Assembly (NCBI GenBank): GCA_048941285.1
Contig: JBHLNS010000003.1
Location: 64,001 to 128,000 of the forward strand
DNA: 64,000 nt
Direction: 5' to 3'
DNA from: Promethearchaeota archaeon
GTDB taxonomy: Archaea > Asgardarchaeota > Lokiarchaeia > Sigyniarchaeales > SOKP01
Shown here: positions 9,858 through 19,003 of the stretch, one piece after another
Layout of the letters: every line of letters starts with the position of its first letter
How positions within the stretch are numbered: the first letter of the stretch is position 1
The notes under the pieces: model-generated
The model's database searches: none
Told to the model about the DNA's origin: nothing
The model's input: only the letters and a program-made list of their open reading frames with translations
Translations under genes and position numbers: made by a program

Positions 9858-10859
9858 ATTTCAGAAAAAGAAATAGATTCTACTAAAGAATATAATTTTA
9901 AAGAATGGACTGTTAAAGATCTCAGAGAATTTGCTTCGAAAAATAATATAAAAATACCTATCAAGTCTAAGAAAATAGAAATAATTGACTTACTCCAAAA
10001 GGTTGTGTCACATCCCGAGTTTATCGATAGATCTCAAGAAGTTAAAGAATTAGAAGAAGAGCTTGTTGCTGGATTTGATGATGAGGAAGATCTTGCATTA
10101 TTGAGAAAAGAAAAACTTGAATTGAAATTCTGGCAAAAGCCACCGTTTTCTAGTTTATTAGACTCGGAAATTGCAAAAGAATCTGAAATTGCTTTTTATG
10201 ATTTAGCAAAATTAGTTGATGAATTTTTTGATCAAATGCTCCACGAAGAATTAATAAATTATAAAATTTCTGGAATTGCGCTTAAAACTTCAGCAACTTT
10301 ACATCATTATAAAATATCTAGCATAATTAGAGAGGAAGAACAAATTCAAAAAAGAGAAGAATTAGAGAAATTCAGACAAGCACACAGTAGGACTATTCCA
10401 AAAGCATTGCCTCAACCAATTCAGCCAAAAATGCAAATAGCTACAAAAGATGAATTGTTTGATGCGATGAGATCTGCTATTATAGAAGTAATGCAGAATA
10501 AAGAAAAATTAAGAAGGAGACGCATGAGAAAAGAAGAACTAAAACAACACAGAATTCAATTGAAATCTAAAGCACAACTCCCTAAAGAACTTTTAAAACA
10601 CATAAGTGGAAGAGAACAAACGATAGAAGAATTGCATGATTCATGGTTTAATCGAATTAAAGCTACTATTAATCTAAATAATAAAGAAACTACTTTTTAT
10701 GAGTTAGCAAATATTATAAAAAGTGAGGAAAAAAGCGATATTGGGCGGAAATTTTCTTTTGTCCGTATGTTTTTAGCATTAATGTTCCTTTCTACAGGGA
10801 ATAAGTTAACTTTATCTCAAGATGAAGATTTTCAAGATTTTAATGTCAATATTAGATAA
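9858..10859 (+). CDS. scpA: ScpA kleisin, probably with N-terminal SAP/HeH-like extension (track start 10005; frame open from 9852)
   Basis: Directly downstream of smc. Kleisin N-domain DLAKLVDEF...ISGIALKTSATL..K; C-terminal WH FVRMFLALMFL...QDEDFQD. In-frame upstream ATT 9858 with GGTGA at 9847-9851. Confidence 0.8.
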   Translation: MSEKEIDSTKEYNFKEWTVKDLREFASKNNIKIPIKSKKIEIIDLLQKVVSHPEFIDRSQEVKELEEELVAGFDDEEDLALLRKEKLELKFWQKPPFSSLLDSEIAKESEIAFYDLAKLVDEFFDQMLHEELINYKISGIALKTSATLHHYKISSIIREEEQIQKREELEKFRQAHSRTIPKALPQPIQPKMQIATKDELFDAMRSAIIEVMQNKEKLRRRRMRKEELKQHRIQLKSKAQLPKELLKHISGREQTIEELHDSWFNRIKATINLNNKETTFYELANIIKSEEKSDIGRKFSFVRMFLALMFLSTGNKLTLSQDEDFQDFNVNIR

Positions 10860-10900
10860 TAACAAAATTAATTGGATCTTTTATATAATAGGGTGATATT

Positions 10901-11728
10901 TTGGAAGAAAATAATGAAAATGATATTAAAGAAAATTCAGAAGAAGACTTAGAAAAATTAGAAGAAATCGACTTAACTGAAGATTTAAGTTTAGAATCAG
11001 AAAATCTATTGACAGAAGATTTTGAGGAAGATCAAGATATTGGAAATGATTTACAAACCGATCTTGATGATAATTCCTCCGAGACAACTATTCTTGATGA
11101 GGAATCATTAAAGAACCAAGTAAGGATTTTCCATCGAAATTTGATTGAAGCTTCTTTGTATGCTGCTGGAAGTCCATTAACTATTGAAGAAATCTCAACA
11201 AAATTGGAAATTCCTAAGAAAGAAGTGGAAGAATTAGTAAATGAAGTAGCTTTTGATTACTTAGACCGCACTACTGCTCTTGTCATTGCACAAATTGGAG
11301 AAAGATATCAAATGCAAATTAAACCAGAATATACAGAAAAAGTTTCTAAATTTGCTAAAGGAGGAGCAATAGCAGAAAGGTATTTGAGAACTTTAACGAT
11401 TATCGCTTTGAAACAACCAGTCTTAAAATCAATGGTTATTAAATTGAGAGGTACTGGAGCATATGAACATATAAAGTATCTTATAGATAATGGTTTTGTA
11501 AATGCTGTAAAAAAAGGAAGATCCCATGAATTAACTACCACCGATAAGTACGCAGATATGTTTGGGCTACCAAAAGATAAAACTGAATTGAAACGTGCTA
11601 TGGTCACACAATTAGGAATTGAAGAAATATCAAGTAGTGAAACTCCAGACGATAATGAATTTTCTGATGATTCAGAACCCTTTAGCGAAACTGAATCAAT
11701 AAATGAAGATGAAGAAGGAGAAGAATAA
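10901..11728 (+). CDS. scpB: SMC-Scp complex subunit ScpB with acidic N- and C-terminal tails
   Basis: IEASLYAAGSPLT, LRTLTIIALKQPV, LRG, TTTDKYADMFGL; follows scpA. Confidence 0.9.
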   Translation: MEENNENDIKENSEEDLEKLEEIDLTEDLSLESENLLTEDFEEDQDIGNDLQTDLDDNSSETTILDEESLKNQVRIFHRNLIEASLYAAGSPLTIEEISTKLEIPKKEVEELVNEVAFDYLDRTTALVIAQIGERYQMQIKPEYTEKVSKFAKGGAIAERYLRTLTIIALKQPVLKSMVIKLRGTGAYEHIKYLIDNGFVNAVKKGRSHELTTTDKYADMFGLPKDKTELKRAMVTQLGIEEISSSETPDDNEFSDDSEPFSETESINEDEEGEE

Positions 11729-11750
11729 ATATTTTTTTAAAAAAAATAGA

Positions 11751-14351
11751 TTACTTAAAAATATAAGTAGTAATATTCAAGTCTTCAATTATTAGCTTTA
11801 AATCTGATTTTTCTTTAATGTTCTTTTCTTGTAATTTTTCGATTATTTCTAAATTATCAATTCTAAGAGTATGTATAATATCCTCTTTTAGTGTATCAAT
11901 TTTTTTCACTTGCTCTATATCTGAAATCAAAATTACTCTACTTATACTTTGGTTTAAAGGTATTTGAAGCTTTGATTTTTGCATCCTTAGAAATTTAATT
12001 ATTTCAATTATTAGTTTTCCATTATTAGCTGAATCTTCTGAAATCTTTTCATAGTGCAACGGCCAAACCTCTAAATGAACAGACTTTAGATTTTTAAATT
12101 GTTTAAAGAGTATTGAGAAAATTTCTTCTGAAATATATGGCATTATAACGGATGAAATGGTTATTAATTTGTAAAAGAGGTTTAATGCATTCTTTAAGGA
12201 ATTTTTTCTTATATTTTCATTATCAGAATAGAATTTATGCTTTATAGCTTCAACATAATTATCGCAGACATCATTCCAAAAAAATGTACGTAAAACCATC
12301 ATAGCTTCATGCCAATTATATCCATCAAAGTAATTAGTAATAAGATCTAAATTTTTGTTAAATTCTGAAAAGAAATAACTCTCTATAGGTGATATTAGAT
12401 CAGGATTAACATCGATATTATCAATCTTAATTTTATTCAAATTTAAAAATAAAAATCTACAAGCATTCCAAATCTTAGTTAACAATCTTGAAGCACCAGT
12501 TAACTGTTCAAAATTTCTCCTGTATTTCTTATGAAATTTATCTTCTGGAAGTTTTTCTCTCTCTAGCAATATAAATTCATTTGAAACAGGTTGTTTGGTT
12601 TGTAAATTTATCCAAGTAAATTCAAACGGATAATCATCACCTAAAGAGCCCATGGCTGTCCAGTATCTTATAGCATCAGCCCCAAATTCTGGCATTACTT
12701 CTTCCGGAGCAATATAATTCCCTAGACTTTTAGACATATGTCTTCCATCTGGGCCAGCAACCATTCCATTAATCATTGCTTCATAAAATGGAGCTTTTCC
12801 AGTTAATATTTTACATCGAAATAACGTGTAAAACAACCAAGTTCGGATTATTTCATAACCTTGGGAACGATGAACTTTAGCATCCATATAAGCTCTTTTA
12901 AAGAATTCATCATCCTCTGTCCATTTTGAAATTTCTAGGGGTGTAAGACTAGAATCAATCCAACAATCACATACATCCTTTTCCCCTATAATATTTTTAC
13001 TTTTACATTTTGGACATTGTTTGACAGGAGGCATAGTTTTCGCTGGATTTAACGGTAAATCCTCTCTTTTAGGTGGGATAATTTCACCGCAATCCTTACA
13101 ATACCAAAATGGAATAGGCGTACCAAAAAAGCGTTGACGTGAAATAACCCAGTTCCAATCTAATCCCTCTGCCCAATCTATTAATCTTTGCTTTTGTTTT
13201 TCAGGATACCATTTCATAATTTCTCCAGATTCAATAATTTCTTGTGTAAAATCTTTTACATTTATAAACCACTGATAAACGGGTAAATATTCTATTGGTT
13301 TGCTACAAGATTGTCTTTCTGAATGAATTATTAGATTATGCTCATAATCTTCAACTTTTTCAATTAATCCTTTTTTATCAAGGTCTATGACTATTTGTTC
13401 TCTTGCTTCCATGATAGTTAAACCTTTATATACAGAATTTTCATTCATATGCCCATCTTCGGTGAAAATTTGAATTTCATCCAAATCATATTCAAATTTC
13501 CATTTAATGTCCATCTCATCTCCATACGTACAGACATAGACCACACCAGTGCCAAAATTCATATCAATTGAAGAATCCATATAAACTCTGACTGTTCTAT
13601 TTGTAAATGGAATTTCAATTTTAGCAGCAGAAATATCGTAATAACGCTCATCATTCGGATGAACCATTATGGCAACACATGCTTCCATATATTCAGGACG
13701 AGTTGTGGCAATAGTAATAAACTCATTATCTCTATCTGCAATAGGTAATTTTATGTACCATAAATTACCTAATTCTTCTTGATAACCTACCTCTGCTTTT
13801 GCAACAGATGTTTCACAATTTACACAAAAATGAGTAGGAAACTTATCTCTATAAAGCATTCCTTTTTCATAGAATTCTAAGAGTGATAGTTGAACTTTTC
13901 GTTTGTAATCATCATTCATTGTTCTATAAGTATATTCCCAATCAGTTGAATACCCTAAATCATTTAATTGCTTTGTCATATTTTTAATGTTATTTTCTAC
14001 CCATTCTCTACATTTCTCTAAAAAATTCTCTCGATCATCCTTAGAAATTCCATAATTTTTTGTAACAGCTAACTCAACAGGTAATCCATGGCAATCCCAT
14101 CCTTGGGGAAAATATACGTTTTGGCCCCTCATTCGACGATATCTTGCTACAAAATCAATCCAAGCATAATTTAAATACTGTCCTATATGCAATACGCCAC
14201 TAACAAAAGGAGGTGGTGTATCAATAGTAAAAATTTCATCTTTTCGGCTCTTTTCAAAAGCATAAATCTTATTTTCGTCCCAAAATTTTATCCACTTTTC
14301 TTGAACTGTTTGAAAATTGTACCGTTTTGGATAATTTGTTTCCTCTGCCAT
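11751..14351 (-). CDS. valS: valyl-tRNA synthetase (archaeal type)
   Basis: IDTPPPFVSGVLHIGQ, GWDCHGLP, TTRPE editing motif, WVISRQRFFG, HMSKS, FGADAIR. Confidence 0.93.
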   Translation of the reverse strand: MAEETNYPKRYNFQTVQEKWIKFWDENKIYAFEKSRKDEIFTIDTPPPFVSGVLHIGQYLNYAWIDFVARYRRMRGQNVYFPQGWDCHGLPVELAVTKNYGISKDDRENFLEKCREWVENNIKNMTKQLNDLGYSTDWEYTYRTMNDDYKRKVQLSLLEFYEKGMLYRDKFPTHFCVNCETSVAKAEVGYQEELGNLWYIKLPIADRDNEFITIATTRPEYMEACVAIMVHPNDERYYDISAAKIEIPFTNRTVRVYMDSSIDMNFGTGVVYVCTYGDEMDIKWKFEYDLDEIQIFTEDGHMNENSVYKGLTIMEAREQIVIDLDKKGLIEKVEDYEHNLIIHSERQSCSKPIEYLPVYQWFINVKDFTQEIIESGEIMKWYPEKQKQRLIDWAEGLDWNWVISRQRFFGTPIPFWYCKDCGEIIPPKREDLPLNPAKTMPPVKQCPKCKSKNIIGEKDVCDCWIDSSLTPLEISKWTEDDEFFKRAYMDAKVHRSQGYEIIRTWLFYTLFRCKILTGKAPFYEAMINGMVAGPDGRHMSKSLGNYIAPEEVMPEFGADAIRYWTAMGSLGDDYPFEFTWINLQTKQPVSNEFILLEREKLPEDKFHKKYRRNFEQLTGASRLLTKIWNACRFLFLNLNKIKIDNIDVNPDLISPIESYFFSEFNKNLDLITNYFDGYNWHEAMMVLRTFFWNDVCDNYVEAIKHKFYSDNENIRKNSLKNALNLFYKLITISSVIMPYISEEIFSILFKQFKNLKSVHLEVWPLHYEKISEDSANNGKLIIEIIKFLRMQKSKLQIPLNQSISRVILISDIEQVKKIDTLKEDIIHTLRIDNLEIIEKLQEKNIKEKSDLKLIIEDLNITTYIFK

Positions 14352-14383
14352 TTAAAATCTCCTTCAGATGTAAAATAATAGAA

Positions 14384-14485
14384 TGGACCTGACGGGAATT
14401 GAACCCGTGACCTCTTGAATGCGAATCTTGAAATTAAGTACCCTACTTAATAGAATCAAGCGATCTTCCACTGATCTACAGGCCC
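14384..14485 (-). tRNA. tRNA-Ala(CGC) with 30-nt intron (14425-14454), inferred position 32/33
   Basis: Minus strand folds as acceptor GGGCCTG/CAGGTCC (G3:U70 Ala determinant), D-arm GATC/GATC, anticodon stem CTTGA/TCAAG, T-arm ACGGG-TTCAATT-CCCGT, discriminator A. No encoded CCA. Intron hairpin ATTAAGTA-GGG-TACTTAAT. Confidence 0.9.
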
Positions 14486-14572
14486 AACTATAATTATTAT
14501 CTATTTATATTGTTAAAATCAGAATACCTAAAATTTTTTATTATTTTTATTAAATATTATAAAAAATTAGGA

Positions 14573-16951
14573 TTAATATTGAGTTCTAGCAATAATATCA
14601 TTTTGTGCAGCTTTTGTGAGCTCTGTAAACAAAACTGAATAACCTGCAATTCTTACAACTAGACCCCGATAATCATCAGGACTTTGTTGGGCTTTACATA
14701 ATGTATCTTTACCAATAACGTTAAATTGAATATGATATCCACCTTTAGGTTTAAAATATGATTTAATCAATGGAATAAATACCTCTTCTTTAAGCGAATT
14801 TGGGTGAAAGTCTAAAAGTAGTGAAGTTCCATTTGTAATAAGTTCATTATTTAGCTTTTTTACTGAATTGAGAATTGCAGTCGGACCTTTTTTATCTCTT
14901 CCATGAGTAGGGCCTACACCATTTGAAAGTGCGTCTCTAGATTTTCGACCGTCAGCAGATGCGGCTGTCCAAGATCCAAATGCTATATGAAAAGATGTAG
15001 AATATATTCCCGGATTAAATATTCCAGCACGAAAATTTTTATATTTGGAAATTTCATTACAATACTCTTTAACAATATCTACAGCAATTTGATCTACGTA
15101 ATCATCATCATTTCCTAATTTTGGAACTTTATTAATAAAAAGTTCTCTCCACTCAGATCCCTTTTTTCCCAGGTAAATTCCTCTATAATTCTTCATAAGC
15201 ATTGTGACTATATCCTCAAACGATATTATATTATCTTCAAAAACAAATTTTTTAATAACAGCTAGACTATCTACTAGTGTTGCTAAACCAATTAATTGGG
15301 GGCCAGTAAAATTGTATATAGCACCGCCATTAGTTACGTCTAAACCACGATTAATGCAATTATCAACAGTTGAGGATAAATATGGTTGAGGATTGTTTTC
15401 AGCAATAGTTTTATCGAGGGTGTTCATTGTTAAAACCATATTTTTAATGAAAAATTTCATTTGCTCTAAAAGTGAATTCCAGAGGTCTTTATAAGATGTA
15501 ATTTCTTTATCGTTTTTTATTCCAATTTGTCTTCTGATAAACATATCATTTCCATTTGTTAAGGCTAATTCCAAGCATTTAACAATATTGAGTTGACATG
15601 CATTTGTTGAACCAAATGATTTACTAGGGTGTTGAGGTTCTACACATCCGATTGGAGCATATTCTCGTGCATCCTCGAGAGTAAAACCACGTTTAACGAG
15701 CCCTTGAATCATTACATCGTCATTAAATAAAGCTATACTAGTACCTAATTTAACTGATTTTGCAATTTTAGTCAAAAGCTCTACCGGAGTACTTTCATGA
15801 ATTCTTATTGAAAATGTTGGTTGAACTGTTTGCAAATGGGAGTATGCATCTAATATAATGTATGACAAATCATTTGTGGCATCATTTCCTTGCCTATCTA
15901 ATCCACCGATAGTAACATTTTCTGTGATTGGAGGACCCTCTCCCGCATTAATTGCTAAATAAAAAACATAATTCCATAAAGTTGTTAATTTCAAAAAGAA
16001 GCATTCAATCAAAAATTGGATCTCTTCTTTTGTTACAATTCCTCTATTCATATCATTCATATAAAATGGATAGAGCAATTGGTCAAGACGCCCAATACTC
16101 ACAGCATATCCTCCATCTTCTAGCCCACATATAAGATGATTGAAATATAATAGTTGAAGTGCTTCTTTAAAATTCTTTGGTACGTTTTCAGAAATATTAG
16201 AACAAATTTCTGAGATTTCTAACAGTTCCTCTTTACGTTTAGAATTAAGTTCTTTTTTTGAAATTTCTATCGCTAATGAAGAAAACCTTTTTATAAAAGA
16301 TTTAGCAGCATTACACACAATAATAACAGATCGTAAAAAATTTGTTTTTTGAATGTCGTTTTGAAAATCTATCATCTTGCTATTTGCCCTTTTAATCAGA
16401 CCATTTAATCCAAATTTTAAAATATTTTCATGTCCTGGGAAAAAATGACCAATTCCATTAGTTAATTCGGTTTCAACTAGAAATACTAATGTATCCATAT
16501 TTTCTTTCACTTTTGGGTCTAAATTCTTTATAAATTGCTCTTTTAAAGTATAGTCCTCATTTTTCCAATATGGAATTATTTTTTCTTTTAAGATTCGTTT
16601 TTCATCATTTTCAATTAAGAATTTTTGTGCTGGGCGTTTGTCATAAGTGTCTACATCCTGCTCTATAAAATCTACTCTAATTTCAGGATAAAGTGGAGTT
16701 CCAACAAATTTACTACACCTATTTCCGACAATAAACTCATCTTCCCAAATTCTAATCGACATATTTGTTAATATAAGGTCTAAAGCTTTTGCAAAACGAA
16801 TAATTGGATTTTCTCCTTTAGTATTTTTATATGACTCGGTAATTAAACTGGCTCTTTCAATACAAATTTCACGTGGCTGCCTTACCACTTTATCTTTCAT
16901 CTTTAATATTCTTTCAGTATAATATGAAGGAGGAGGTTGTTCTAATTCCAT
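14573..16951 (-). CDS. glycyl radical enzyme (PFL2/dehydratase-like, single-Cys type)
   Basis: Cys loop IGCVEP, Gly loop VVRIAGYS, SIGRLDQ, GNDDDYVD, HIQFNV. Confidence 0.92.
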   Translation of the reverse strand: MELEQPPPSYYTERILKMKDKVVRQPREICIERASLITESYKNTKGENPIIRFAKALDLILTNMSIRIWEDEFIVGNRCSKFVGTPLYPEIRVDFIEQDVDTYDKRPAQKFLIENDEKRILKEKIIPYWKNEDYTLKEQFIKNLDPKVKENMDTLVFLVETELTNGIGHFFPGHENILKFGLNGLIKRANSKMIDFQNDIQKTNFLRSVIIVCNAAKSFIKRFSSLAIEISKKELNSKRKEELLEISEICSNISENVPKNFKEALQLLYFNHLICGLEDGGYAVSIGRLDQLLYPFYMNDMNRGIVTKEEIQFLIECFFLKLTTLWNYVFYLAINAGEGPPITENVTIGGLDRQGNDATNDLSYIILDAYSHLQTVQPTFSIRIHESTPVELLTKIAKSVKLGTSIALFNDDVMIQGLVKRGFTLEDAREYAPIGCVEPQHPSKSFGSTNACQLNIVKCLELALTNGNDMFIRRQIGIKNDKEITSYKDLWNSLLEQMKFFIKNMVLTMNTLDKTIAENNPQPYLSSTVDNCINRGLDVTNGGAIYNFTGPQLIGLATLVDSLAVIKKFVFEDNIISFEDIVTMLMKNYRGIYLGKKGSEWRELFINKVPKLGNDDDYVDQIAVDIVKEYCNEISKYKNFRAGIFNPGIYSTSFHIAFGSWTAASADGRKSRDALSNGVGPTHGRDKKGPTAILNSVKKLNNELITNGTSLLLDFHPNSLKEEVFIPLIKSYFKPKGGYHIQFNVIGKDTLCKAQQSPDDYRGLVVRIAGYSVLFTELTKAAQNDIIARTQY

Positions 16952-17060
16952 TTATATCCCTAAATATTATCATTTATTCAGTTTAATTAAAAATATAATT
17001 GCTTTATGTAATAAAAGTTTTTATTATATTTTTTCACAAAAAATCTGGAATTCCATGGAT

Positions 17061-17897
17061 TTAAATAAATTTCATTAGGTCATTATTAGCTTCTGGAGAA
17101 AATAAAAGCTCTTTCTTATTTTTATCTCTAAATCTATTAATAGCTATTTCCAAGTATTCTTTATTTGAATCAATTCCAATAAATTTTCTATTTAAAATAC
17201 TACATACAATACCTGTTGTACCAGATCCTACAAAAGGATCTAATACGCAATCGCCTTCTTTTGAGGAGGACGATATTATTCTATTTAACAATTCCAATGG
17301 TTTTTGAGTTGGATGTTTACCATATTCTTTCTCATTATGAGGTAATAAAGGAATGGACCAAACACTTCTCATTTGTTTATCTTTTTTCTTTAATTTATCT
17401 TTAGGATTGTTCCAAGTCTTCATTATCTCATAATTAAAAGTATGAAGTGAATTTTTTGATTTACGAGCCCATAATACTATTTCATGACTATGCGTAAAAT
17501 ATTTACAAGATAAATTCGGTGGAGCATTTGGCTTATACATCACGATATCATTAATAATATCATAACCATTTTTTTCTAATAGATAACCAAGTTTATAGAT
17601 TATATGCATGGTTCCAGAAATCCAAATACTCCCATTTTTACTTAAGACTCTCTTACAAGCTCTTAACCAAGATTCAGTAAAATTAATATCTTCTTCGAAA
17701 CCTTTTGATTTATCCCATTTTCCTTTATTAACCGAAACCATTTTTCCTGATTTACATGTAATGCCATCATTTGACAGGAAATAAGGCGGATCAGCAAAAA
17801 TTAAATCAAAATTTTCATCTTTAAATTGGTTAAGTACTTCTAAAATGTCTCCATGATATAAGATAAAATCTTTCTCCGCAAAATAAGGTTTAATCAT
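17061..17897 (-). CDS. beta-class N6-adenine DNA methyltransferase, DpnA (M2.DpnII)-like
   Basis: IFADPPYFLSNDG, VSVNKGKWD, PPNLSCKYFTHSHE, KHPTQKP, DPFVGSGTT closely follow DpnA-type sequence motifs. Confidence 0.88.
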   Translation of the reverse strand: MIKPYFAEKDFILYHGDILEVLNQFKDENFDLIFADPPYFLSNDGITCKSGKMVSVNKGKWDKSKGFEEDINFTESWLRACKRVLSKNGSIWISGTMHIIYKLGYLLEKNGYDIINDIVMYKPNAPPNLSCKYFTHSHEIVLWARKSKNSLHTFNYEIMKTWNNPKDKLKKKDKQMRSVWSIPLLPHNEKEYGKHPTQKPLELLNRIISSSSKEGDCVLDPFVGSGTTGIVCSILNRKFIGIDSNKEYLEIAINRFRDKNKKELLFSPEANNDLMKFI

Positions 17898-18057
17898 ATC
17901 TAGATAAATTTCTCTTAGGAACTACAAAAATTCAAATAAACTGGTTAAGAAAATATAATATCTTTTAATTATTAACTTTAAAGTTTAATATTAACAAAGA
18001 CTTAATATTCATGTAAGAAAATCGTAATCTTACTCAAAACGCTTTAGAGATAGAAAT

Positions 18058-18999
18058 ATGATAAACAAACAACGGTTTGAAGAGCTATTTAATCAACACA
18101 TAATAAAAGACATTTCAGAAGAACAAATTGATATTGTTCTTTCAGGCCAATATGGCAAAGCATTAGAATTATTAAGAGATGCAGAATCAACTGGTTTATT
18201 TCCCGCCTTAGTTGGACCACCTGGTGTTGGAAAAACTATATTATGTCGGTATTTTGCTAGTTTGAGGGCAAAGGAAAATAAAAACAAGAGCTTTCAATGG
18301 TTAACTATGGATGAAAGTATCAAACCTTCACATTTTGTCGGTTCATTTGATCCAGCAATTACATTAAAGAAAGGATTTGTCTTGGAAGCATTTAACCCCG
18401 GCCCATTATTAAATGCTATGCTAGAAGGAGGAACTTTCTTAGCTAACGAAATTAATAGGGCAACAGAATATTCTCAAAATACTTTATTAGAGCCTTTAGA
18501 AGAAGCATCAATAGGAATCCCTCATCTAGGGAGAATAAAAGCTGATAAAGACTTCTTTTTTATATGTGCAATGAATCCGGAAGAATTATCGGGAACACAT
18601 CGCTTATCTGAAGCGTTAAAAGATAGAATAAAAGTTTGGATTAAATTAACCTATCCAGATAAATCTACCGAATTAGATATTATAAGAATTAATTTACCTG
18701 AACATTTTATTATTGAAGAGTCCGAATTAGAATTAATATATTCGATTATTAAAGAAACTAGACAGAATAAAATTGATATTGAAATTCCAGCCTCAATTAG
18801 AGCCGGAATCGCTATTGCCAAATTACTAGCTAGAAAAAGAATTATAGAGAAGGAAAAAAAGGTAAAAGAAAAAGAATCTGTATACATTTATCTTTCTGAA
18901 ATTGCTCAGCACGTACTACTCGGAAGCTTAAAACCAAAACCAGGGGTAAAAGTTGAAAATGTAATAGAAAATATTATTCATAAGACTTTAGGAGGCTAA
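18058..18999 (+). CDS. MoxR-family AAA+ ATPase (CoxD/CbbQ-like)
   Basis: Walker A GPPGVGKT, GPLLNAM, Walker B variant FLANEINR, AMNP, LSEALKDR, lid SIRA. Confidence 0.85.
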   Translation: MINKQRFEELFNQHIIKDISEEQIDIVLSGQYGKALELLRDAESTGLFPALVGPPGVGKTILCRYFASLRAKENKNKSFQWLTMDESIKPSHFVGSFDPAITLKKGFVLEAFNPGPLLNAMLEGGTFLANEINRATEYSQNTLLEPLEEASIGIPHLGRIKADKDFFFICAMNPEELSGTHRLSEALKDRIKVWIKLTYPDKSTELDIIRINLPEHFIIEESELELIYSIIKETRQNKIDIEIPASIRAGIAIAKLLARKRIIEKEKKVKEKESVYIYLSEIAQHVLLGSLKPKPGVKVENVIENIIHKTLGG

Positions 19000-19003
19000 A
19001 TTA

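Noticed and set aside
12500-14200. ValRS HIGQ/HMSKS variants and a short insertion after DYPF
   Set aside because: Minor variation within an otherwise ordinary archaeal ValRS; no evidence of altered function
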